DNA of 50,466 nucleotides from Perkinsus olseni (Eukaryota): NCBI GenBank assembly GCA_013115125.1, contig JABANN010000228.1, positions 1 to 50,466 of the forward strand, read 5' to 3'. Shown piece by piece: positions 41,016 to 50,466 of this stretch (position 1 is its first letter; each line of letters starts with the position of its first letter). The notes under the pieces were generated by a model. It saw only the letters and a program-made list of their open reading frames with translations, ran no database searches and was not told where the DNA came from. The position numbers and the translations under genes were made by a program.

Positions 41016-43326
41016 ATGTTTGGTCCTGGCGGGAGCGCCCCTTCCTCCTCCTCCTCCTCCTCCTCCTCCTCCTCGGCCCTGCAGCCGCTCGACAACCCCA
41101 CCACTGGTAATACCGGCTATCCGTTTTCAAGAGCTGGACCGTCGTAGTTAGGTGTAGACACCGGATCGAGGATGGCCGCTGGTCGGCGGTTGAAGTCCTT
41201 GTGTCCCCACATCCTCCTCGACGTCGAGTTCCCCTCCGAGACCTGCGTCAGAGTGGGCCGGGGACCTCCCAAGCGAGGCAATAACGTCAAAGCTGTGAGA
41301 ATGTTCCCTGCCGATCGAGAATGGGCCAGCCCGTCTCCCTCAGGTCACCATCAACGTCCCTCAGGTCTCCAAGTTCCACTTCGAGTTGTCCATTGGAGCT
41401 CCTCTGCCGGGACAGTCAGGTAGGGGTGCTCCCTTCGTCTCTGGAATACCGGCGCTGTGTGGTTTCAGTCCCAGGATGGATAATCAGTAACCGCAGTCGT
41501 GGAGGGACGTTCGTCGGAAGGACTTTGCAGAGCTGCCGGAAGGTTGGCCGAAGTGGAGTGACTCACATTTCCGATGGCGAAATGATATTCCTTTTTCCGC
41601 CGGACAAAGGTGGGTCACGAGACGAATCTTAGGTTGAAGATGGGCAAACACGCAACACCTGCCAGGTCCGATACTGGGGTACCAGCTCGTCCTCGGCGCC
41701 AGCCCTGCGCCGTCTCAACCCCCTCGTCAGCCTACTACTCCACAGCTGTCCGGACAGAAGCGCCGGAGAGACTCGAGTTCCTCTGAGCTGCCGGGGGAAG
41801 AAGAAATATCTGAGGAGCTCCGCTGTGCGATCTGCCAGGTCAACCCCAATGATATCTTCTCACCATCAACCTCTGGGTGGTATCTTTTCAGGATCTGATG
41901 TATCGCCCAGTATCCGTACTTGACTGTCTGCATAACTTTTGCTCGTCTTGTCTGAGCCAGTGGCTGCAGCGGCACACTGACTGTCCGCAGTGCCGGTCGA
42001 GAGTGAGGAGCGTGAAGCCCAACCGCACCGTGGTCAACCTCACTGAGAAGCTCGTGGAGGCCGAAAAGATTCGAGGTAGGCCAGGCGCCGCCTTCTCCAG
42101 GTTACAGTGCCTCCTGGTGTAACAGATAGACGGTCGGAGCAGGAGAAGAAGCAGTCAGACGACTCGGATACGCTTCTCAAGAACGAGTGAGGCTGTGATT
42201 TCAGTCCCCTTGGAGACGTCCTCACTGCATTTTTTGCAAGTTACGATCTAGGAAAGATTAATCGTGGCTTCCTGTTGGCGGCTCATGGGTCGGCTACCTC
42301 AGCGGGAACGGTAGGCCGGAGTGATATAACCTACTCGGACTATTACGATGAATATGATGATGATGATGATGACCCTTACGACAGCGAGGAGGACGAAGAG
42401 GAGTATCACTTTGCCAGTAGCATCCACTGCGGGTGACCGTTGCCTACCACTCGTTCTCAGTGGGCATGGGTATGCTCTTCCACCCGCAAGGTCCAAGATG
42501 CGCCTACTGTCAAAGCGTCAATCCTGCCCCAGGGTAAGCTGTCCCGTGCGCTGTCTCCACGTATCTTGGCTTCACCCTAGGTCGAGATGCGTCCAGAATG
42601 CCCTGCATGTATCTTGTAATACTTGCAGAATGGCTGTTCCTGATAGACCCGACCTGCACGTTCGCTGTGCTGTCTGTAGCAAGGTGAGATGGCCTCGTCA
42701 AGTCATCAGCCAATTCCCTATTCGTCAGGCCTACTGCACGCCAGCCACCAACCGACAGTGTCTTAGTGCATCCGGGCAGGGCCTTGCTGGACCCTCCCCG
42801 GGTTCTTCTTCCGTTCAGATGTGGTCCTCGGATCCCAATCTACGGAGACTGAGGGATCTGATGGTATCTTCGAGGCCGCTGGGCTTCGTTGTTATTTACC
42901 GAGCATTCGGTGAGAACGCATTTGAAACTACTGCCTTTGAGGAGCACTTACAAGGGGCGCGGAAAAGCATCGAGGACGTCACGCGAGAAGTCCTCGGCCG
43001 AGACCAGACTGCAAAATTTAAATTCGAAGTTGATGGCGCTACTAGAGAAGTCCAAGTCCGGGACTTCTACAATGACCATTATGTTTGCTCCAAGTGCGCC
43101 TGCCAGGCCGTTAAGCAGTGTATCTTCCAGTATCGAAAGAGCCTGGCGGAGGAGCAACTACCACAGAGATGCCGAGGCCGCGAGAACTGCTGGTGATGGT
43201 CACCTCGGATGCAGGCTGCAATGCTAGGTTTGTTCGGTTAGGTATGGTACGGCTTGCCGAACTCAGAAGCACAGCACGACGCACGCTGCCCGTCTTAACC
43301 ATATCTGCGACCAAACTCGATTCTGA
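41016..43326 (+). CDS. CHFR: CHFR-like E3 ubiquitin ligase (FHA, RING, Cys-rich, PBZ)
   Basis: FHA (VGRG, VSKFHF, SRGGTFV, ISDGE), RING (LRCAICQDLMYRPVSVLDCLHNFCSSC...CPQCR), Cys-rich region with FETTAF...VCSKC...FQYR, and a terminal RENCW|YGTACRTQ...HAARLNHICDQTRF* closely resembling the CHFR PBZ end. Confidence 0.85.
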
Positions 43327-43868
43327 GCATCCCTAGTACAGTAGATTGTCAACTTGATCATTCTTGAGTGTCAGTGGCAATAGCGGACAGAGATTGGGAG
43401 TGGTCGTTGGGCCACTGAGTGTTCGGAGATCATCGCCTGCAGTACCACCCGAAGGCGCCAGTGTGTTTCTCATCATGCGCCGATCGTCTTGAGCATGCGT
43501 TCATAGCCGATTCCCCTCGAGAGAGTAAGCTTGAGAAAGTAGAAGACTTCACCCTCCCTCTCGCCTTGCGTTGACTATGAGAAACAACGGAGAAGCAACA
43601 CAGTGTCTACGGCGCTCCTTTGAGGAAGAGGCGCGCCATCGGCCTGCATCGCTCCGCCGTGCTCATGCGTGCGAAATCCGCGTCTCACAAACAGGTGACG
43701 GCCCAGGCATACGTGTCGTGGGGATACTCAGGTGTGGTCCCGGACCACTGGTACGATCGCCTGCCCCCTCGGCTGGGGCTGTACAGCGTATCCCTAATGG
43801 AACCGGTCTGGTTCGCGCCGCCACCGCCGCCGCCCAGTTTTCTGTCAGTTGTTGTCCAACCTCTTAGT

Positions 43869-44774
43869 ATGGCATCGACCGACACCACAAACGTTGATCC
43901 TGAGCAGTACGCTAAGGACCTCAGGGCCATGGCTGATGAACTGACGGCCATGATCGATGACCTCAACTGCGACCCTATTATTGTCCGCTTTGCCTGGCAT
44001 GACAGTGGCACTTACGATAAGTCCCTTCCCTGGCCACAGTGTGGGGGTGCTAGTGGTGGTATCATCTACGACGTGGAGCTCAAGCACGAAGCCAACGCTG
44101 GGCTGGCCAAAGCTCGGAGGTACTTGGAGCCTATCAAGGCAAAGTACCCCCTTGTTTCCTGGGCTGATCTCATCCAGCTGGCTTCGGCGTGTGCCTTGAA
44201 GCACTGTGGTGGCCCTGATATCATCCCCAAGATGAAGTTCGGCAGGAAGGATATCTCTGGACCGGAGGAATGCCCTCCTGAAGGGAGACTACCCAACCCT
44301 GAGGGGGCTGACCATCTGAGGAAGATCTTCTACCGTATGGGCTTCAACGACCAGGAGATTGTCGTCCTGTCTGGTGCTCATACTATTGGTAGGGCCTTCA
44401 AGGACCGCTCCGGAACTGTTGAAGAGGCGGCTGGTCATGGTACTCAATACACTAGCGGAGATAAAGTCGCCCGCCTTGACGGCAAAGAAGGCATCGGTAT
44501 GAAGGGCGGCCGTTCCTGGGCGAGGAAGTGGCTCAAGTTCGATAACGAGTACTTCGTCAACATCATGGAGGATGCGCTGAAGGACTCCGAAGACGATAGT
44601 GGCCTGCTGGTGCTCGAGAGCGACAACGCGCTCGTCTCCGACCTCTCATTCAGAGAGTACGTCGAGATCTATGCCGAGGACAACGACAAGTTTTTAAAAG
44701 ATTACGAAAAGGCGCACATTAAACTGAGTGAACTGGGCTGTGAATATATCGTTGATGGTGGCATCAAGGTATGA
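43869..44774 (+). CDS. APX: Ascorbate peroxidase (class I haem peroxidase), copy 1
   Basis: Distal motif PIIVRFAWHDSG, proximal IVVLSGAHTIGR, W..FDNEYF and LESD. Intronless. The frame is open upstream to 43620, so an N-terminal extension from ATG 43666 region or an upstream exon is possible. Confidence 0.92.
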   Translation: MASTDTTNVDPEQYAKDLRAMADELTAMIDDLNCDPIIVRFAWHDSGTYDKSLPWPQCGGASGGIIYDVELKHEANAGLAKARRYLEPIKAKYPLVSWADLIQLASACALKHCGGPDIIPKMKFGRKDISGPEECPPEGRLPNPEGADHLRKIFYRMGFNDQEIVVLSGAHTIGRAFKDRSGTVEEAAGHGTQYTSGDKVARLDGKEGIGMKGGRSWARKWLKFDNEYFVNIMEDALKDSEDDSGLLVLESDNALVSDLSFREYVEIYAEDNDKFLKDYEKAHIKLSELGCEYIVDGGIKV

Positions 44775-46122
44775 AGCATTTAATGGCACCATCCCCGATG
44801 GTCGTCAATCTCTGAGCTCACCAAAACTTTCTAGTCGAGCGACACTCCGATGGTCTTGTCGCCAAGTGGGAGGTGTGTTGCGTGTCAAAAAGGCACCAAT
44901 GTCTCCGACTTGTTTCATATCAATTTCAGAAGGTAGTTTTAGATCGCTGTGAGGACAAGCGGCATACGACGTCATGATTGTCATCGCCTATTAGTCCTCA
45001 CAGTTAGTATCTTCAGCTATCCGCTGTTGTGTTCTTCCCAGTCCTGAGTCTAGAGACAGGAGCCGCCTCTCATCGGGCTCCGTGAGCCCTTGCCCTTCTC
45101 CTCGGCACATTGGTCGCGGCGTGGCCTTTCAGGCTCTAGGGCCGCCACCCACGCTCCTTGTTCCAAAGCCACGAGGAAACCATAGAAGTAACCCATCGAC
45201 AGCTTCAGGATTCCACAGGGGATTCCTCGCTCAGTCACTGCAGTACCCCCTGCAAGCTTGGGGCGATGAATAAACTAGCGGAAAACAGTGTTCAGAACCC
45301 GGAGGAGCTACCAAACGTCTATGAGCATCTAGGCGTAACAAGCGCCGTCATCAACAACATAATACTCACTCAAACTGTCCGGGTCAGCGCAGCTGATACA
45401 AAAATTCTGAGAGAATGTGAAAGAATCTGTCACGCGTCACAGAAATCACTCTTCATCTTTAAGCGCGCCACCAGAATCTCTGTCACGCGCCACAAAAATC
45501 GGATCGCCGTCGCTCGCAACGAAAATGATCCGAGTGCAAAATTTGAGGGACCATACTGTTACTCACTCCTACCTAACACAGACGCCCTCATTCCTCGGTG
45601 ATACTTTTCCTATCGCCAGCATAGTGAATCACTATTAGTGACGTTGATGAACGGTTATGATCTTCGAACCGTATTACCTTCACTCCTGTTTTGGCATGGT
45701 GAGGCGTGACAAAACTGAACACCCTGCATGATACCTGAAGCAGAGCATGTCGTGAGTGTCCGTAGGGTTGTCTGCAAAGCCTGTCTCCTGCGAAAAAACC
45801 TGTATTGCTGATTCGCCCCGTGGCTCCTGCGAAAGTCGTTGTACTCACTCATGGCACAAGTTCACCGGAACTCACCGTTGACTAGCTGGAACCAATTACA
45901 ACAGCCATACTATCCTGAAGAGATGACAACTGTCTTGTGTTCGTGACGCTAGAATACTGTTTACTCGTCTGCAATGAGTTTGCTGAGTTTCCTTTAGCGT
46001 TCCTCGGAGGAAATAGCGTTGAGTCGTTGTGATAGTTTCTGGTCTTGTTCCTAGGCGCCGCATCTTTGAGAGGCTTTGTGACTTTAGGTTATCCATTCCA
46101 TCAGCCTTTCAGGCATTCATCC

Positions 46123-47112
46123 ATGGGTAACATCTGTGATTCTTGCAGAGGTAGCACGTCCAAGCCTGTGCCTGCTGCAGCTGCCAATAGACAGGTCGTC
46201 AGGCCTGCGTCTACTACTACCAGTGGTGAGGTTGACACGGCCCAGTACACTAAGGACATCAGGGCCATGGCTGATGAACTGACGGCCATGATCGACAGAC
46301 TCAACTGCGACCCTATCATCGTCCGCTTTGCCTGGCATGACAGTGGCACTTACGATAAGTCCCTTCCCTGGCCACAGTGTGGGGGTGCTAGTGGTGGTAT
46401 CATCTATGATGTGGAGCTGTCTCACGGTGCCAATGCTGGCTTACCGAAGGCGTTGAAGTTCCTTCAGCCTATTAAGGCAAAGTACCCCGGCGTTTCCTGG
46501 GCTGATACCATCCAGTTGGCTTCGGCGTGTGCCTTGAAGCACAGTGGTGGCCCCGATATCATCCCTTACATGAAGTTCGGCCGGAAGGATATCTCTGGAC
46601 CGGAGGAATGCCCTCCTGAAGGGAGACTACCCAACCCTGAGGGGGCTGACCATCTGAGGAAGATCTTCTACCGTATGGGCTTCAACGACCAGGAGATTGT
46701 CGTCCTGTCTGGTGCTCATACTATTGGTAGGGCCTTCAAGGACCGCTCCGGAACTGTTGAAGAAGCGGCTGGTCATGGTACTCAATACACCAATGGCAGC
46801 AACATTGCTCGTAATGACGGCAAAGAAGGCATCGGAATGAAGGGCGGCCGTTCCTGGGCGAGGAAGTGGCTCAAGTTCGATAACGAGTACTTCGTCAATA
46901 TCATGGAAGATGCTAAGGCAAAGAGCAAGGCTGACAATGGTCTCCTTGTCTTAGAAAGTGATAATTGCCTCGTCACCGATCCGTCATTCAGAAAGTACGT
47001 TGAGATGTACGCCAAGGACAATAATAAGTTCCTATGTGACTACGCCCAAGCTCACATCAAACTCAGTGAACTCGGCTGCCAGTACGTTGTAAACGGTGGC
47101 ATTAAAGTCTGA
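46123..47112 (+). CDS. APX: Ascorbate peroxidase, copy 2, with an MGxxCxxC N-terminus
   Basis: Same catalytic motifs as copy 1. Starts MGNICDSCRGSTS, just after a pyrimidine-rich CAG acceptor-like site at 46112. Confidence 0.92.
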   Translation: MGNICDSCRGSTSKPVPAAAANRQVVRPASTTTSGEVDTAQYTKDIRAMADELTAMIDRLNCDPIIVRFAWHDSGTYDKSLPWPQCGGASGGIIYDVELSHGANAGLPKALKFLQPIKAKYPGVSWADTIQLASACALKHSGGPDIIPYMKFGRKDISGPEECPPEGRLPNPEGADHLRKIFYRMGFNDQEIVVLSGAHTIGRAFKDRSGTVEEAAGHGTQYTNGSNIARNDGKEGIGMKGGRSWARKWLKFDNEYFVNIMEDAKAKSKADNGLLVLESDNCLVTDPSFRKYVEMYAKDNNKFLCDYAQAHIKLSELGCQYVVNGGIKV

Positions 47113-47343
47113 GAATCTGTTTGATGGTTGGGCTGATGATGACGGAGTTAGTCGTAGAGGAAACTCTCATAGGGAGCTCAAAAACGCTCTCGTCTTCCGC
47201 CATCCGGTAACTCATCGTAGATGACATTTTTCATTTGACTAGTCTGATAAATCTGTCCATTTCAGAAGTTGAGTTTTTGCGTTGTTGAGACGCCGCCGGG
47301 AGCGTTGATAGCGGCGCGATCGTCATGACAGTTGTGATCATCC

Positions 47344-48855
47344 ATGCCTTTCCGAAGCCGCTCACGAAGGGTCGTGGTGGCTGCCATCCTTGGCTGGGCC
47401 TTGATAGCCACCTTGGTTGTCAACTCCTTTTTCTTAGCTCCATCTCGGGTACACACGACGGCAGTGCTACCAGCCGGCTCGGGCGTTCCGTACCATTCGA
47501 ACTTCCGGTTTCGATCGTCCCCGAAGGTTGACGAGGGCTTCGGATATGGACTGCGCTCGCTGGCCTTCATTGCTCTTATCGGTGTCGCGGCGCGGGCAGC
47601 TCTACGGAAGGACTTCCCGTATTTCACGAATCAGCAGCTGACGTATTTGGATTCGGCAGCGACTTCCCAGAAGCCCCAGGTAGTGCTGGACTCGATGGAC
47701 GACTTCTACGCCAACACCAACTCGAATGTGCATCGCTCCGCTCACCTGGCCGCTGAGCGAGCCACGGAAGCCCTGGAGGAATCGCGGGAGACGATGGCGA
47801 AATTCATAGGAGCGAAGGGGATTGAAGGGCTTGTGATAACGTCTGGGGCGACCGATGGCCTTAACAGGCTAGCGGGCATGGCGGCCAGGAATGGTCTGTT
47901 GAGAGATGGGAAAGTTTTGGTAACGGAAATGGATCATCATAGTAATATACTTCCGTGGAGCACCGCATGCCCGACGACCGAGATGGTCAAGATTGATCAG
48001 AACACGGCCGATATCGACATGAAGGATTTCGCCAGGAAACTCGACGGCCGAGTGAAGGTGGTATCTTTCGTGCATGTGAGCCATGTTACCGGTCATAAGG
48101 CCGACGTCGAAGCGATCCGCAAACTGGTTCGGAGTAGAGCACCGAAAGCATTGATAGTGTTGGACTGTACACAGAGCGCCCCTCATCAAGAAATCAACGT
48201 CGAAGAGTTGGGGGTTGACGCCATAGTCTTCTCCAGTCATAAGATGTTCGGCCCGACCGGTGTTGGAGTCCTCTGGCTGTCTCCTCGAGCTTTGAAGGTG
48301 CTGCCTCTACCAGCCACTACTGGAGGAGGCGCCTTGGAGGGCATCGACGATGATCTCAATATCAGATACACTGATTCGCCGTGGCGATACGAACCAGGTA
48401 GTCCCCTCCAAAACCCTTGAAAAAGTCAGTCTGCTCTGTCCGTAGGTACACCGCCGTTAGCCGAGGCCGTTGGTATGGCTGCTGCCGCTGAGTACATTAT
48501 GGACCATCGCGAGGAGATCAGACAGAACGAGGAGGAGTTGCTGTCGATAACCCTGGATGAAGTGTCGAAGATCCCCTGCCGAACCCTCGGAGGTGCACAG
48601 GCCAATCGAGGCGCTCCCATAGTGTCGATGACTTTTGACGGTGTTTATCCTAATGACATTGGTACGATTGCTAGCGGGCTGCAAGGAGTCTGCCTTCGAG
48701 CTGGGCATCACTGTGCGATACCAGTCCATCGAGCTTTGGGTGAGAAGGGCAGTCTCAGACTCTCCCTTGGACCTTATAATACAGGAGATGATGTTAGAAA
48801 GGGCGTTAATGCCATCAGTGAAGCCCTGGATATTATTACTGATAAAACTTACTGA
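47344..48855 (+). CDS. sufS: SufS-type cysteine desulfurase with a plastid-targeting presequence
   Basis: YLDSAATSQKP, NSNVHRSAH, DHHSNILPW, PLP-lysine motif FSSHKMFGPTGVG, YEPG|TP (intron 48398-48445) and catalytic RAGHHCA (group II signature). Confidence 0.92.
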
Positions 48856-49593
48856 CTTATGGGAGGTGTTGGGTTATTGTCGAGTGGCCGGCAGAAGCGT
48901 TGCCGTTGCATGCAAAGACGATGCTTGGCATTATCGTTGCCACGTCAAGCGAGCCTCGAGCGTAACTCAGACACGCACTGTTTTAGAGGCCATCTTCGGT
49001 GGTCTGCTGCGAAACACGCGCAACCGGGAAAATAACGATTGATACAATATGTATGGGGTTCTTCCATCGTATGGTACTGCCCACATCCTTATTCCGAACT
49101 ATTGGTCCGTGGCGCCCAACGCTGGACTCTTCCAGTCAACAACCGATCAGAATGATGCGCGCAATTCACTTGCCCGTAGATGGGTTTCCAGTATCGCCCC
49201 GAGCTGTAACGAGGACGCTTCAGAGCCTCTTGAGAACGCCAACACGGCTTCCACTATTAGTGGACCACTAATCCTGTACACCGAGCTCGAATCGGGCCCT
49301 CAAAGTGCGGTGTCGATGATGCGTTTTTGCAGTGTTGAGAGTAATCCCTTAAATGCCGGCCACAAAGACCTTCATCGGAGCATCAGTCGCGGCTGTTATG
49401 ATGACCAACTTGCCCCTCGGTAACGCAATCGGCTCACTCTCCCCACACAACGACGTAAGAACATGAATAACAGCAGCTAGAGTCAGACTGACAGTAGCGG
49501 ACAACGGCCGCTGGCCGCCATGTGTGGCTTGTGTCAGTGCTTCAAGGATGAGGATTGGCTGAGCTGGTTGGCTCATACCTTCTTTCTTATCAG

Positions 49594-50284
49594 GAATTCC
49601 CTCCCCAGACTAAGAGTTCCATCCGAAGCACTCAGTTCGGTCCAAGAGCAGTTTGCCGTTACAGCAGTGGCGAGACGGGAACCGACGGTTGGTCAGAGTT
49701 GGAAATTGTCGCCGACAGGAAAAATGGCGTGATCACAGAGTCCATCGCCTGTCCCAAGACTAGGTATCAGGATGCCTTCACTGCTGAATTGTAAGGCGAG
49801 ATCGACTGTGCATAGTGTTGGCGAAACTTGAGGTTGCCTTACTCTTGTCAGTAATTTATACACTGGTTATGACGGCTCCGCAGGCAAACTTGATTCCCTG
49901 AAATACCATACCAAACACCTTGATTATCGGTTCATGTATACGGACCCTCCAGACAACACCGGATCGGACCCATTGAGATTCATCGACAAATCCACTTTTG
50001 CCCACACATTGGACCGCCTCTCCGAGTTCGAAGGCTATCTTAAATCGAATGAACACGATATGAGCAAGCTAGGTATCGTTGTGGATGGTATGAGAGACTT
50101 CTGTTCGCTCTTGAAAGCCGCTGTGAAGAAAATATTCGACACTTTCCCGAACATGTGCCAAACGTACTCCATCATCGTTGACGAGGCAGTTGACGCTGCG
50201 TATAACGAAGGATGGAAATTCGACAACAGAGATACGGGAAAGGCGATATTCAGTCCAAGCTTCGCTAGAGATGAATGCGGTTAG
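49594..50284 (+). CDS. Hypothetical lineage-specific protein, 5' end unresolved
   Basis: Exons 49594-49790 and 49852-50284 join in frame over a GTAAG...CAG intron. Confidence 0.55.
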
Positions 50285-50386
50285 TCGAACATTCGTCTAT
50301 CCTTAAATAGACAATATCTATCAGAGTGTTGGGCGGGAAGAATTTGGTTGGCTGTTCTCCCGATAATTTGTAAGAAGACAACATCA

Positions 50387-50393
50387 TGTTGTT

Positions 50394-50465
<72 letters not shown>

Positions 50466-50466
50466 G
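50387..50466. repeat. (TTG)n microsatellite running to the window end
   Basis: About 26 units with one TTA variant. Confidence 0.98.

Noticed and set aside
50387-50466. Terminal repeat as a telomere
   Set aside because: (TTG)n lacks the G-run of TTTAGGG/TTAGGG-type telomeres. A microsatellite at an assembly break is more likely.

Overview
Eukaryotic, gene-dense DNA with many short (~45-70 nt) GT-AG introns. Gene content and style point to an alveolate, most likely the mollusc parasite Perkinsus. This is inferred from the ascorbate peroxidase pair, the SufS with a dinoflagellate-type plastid presequence and the lineage-specific secreted families. (1) 1-14.6 kb is a tandem array of about nine copies of an unrecognised signal-peptide protein family in two subfamilies. 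Only one copy is clearly intact. Once spliced, the C-terminal micro-exons encode paired LPxY/PPxY (PY) motifs, and a conserved non-coding motif lies upstream of most copies. (2) 14.85-17.7 kb (- strand) holds an inositol-pentakisphosphate 2-kinase and a PrsW-type membrane protease. (3) 18.5-50.3 kb is an uninterrupted + strand run: Prp5/DDX46 helicase, a zinc-knuckle protein, HAD hydrolases with an orphan extra first exon, a probable mitochondrial membrane protein, NEMF/Rqc2, two CHFR-like FHA-RING genes, a coiled-coil protein, two ascorbate peroxidases, plastid-type SufS and a hypothetical gene. The window ends in a (TTG)n microsatellite. Several introns carry captured DNA, including tRNA T-arm fragments and a 21-nt copy of a neighbouring exon. 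All gene models were assembled by eye, with no database searches, so exon boundaries are approximate unless stated.
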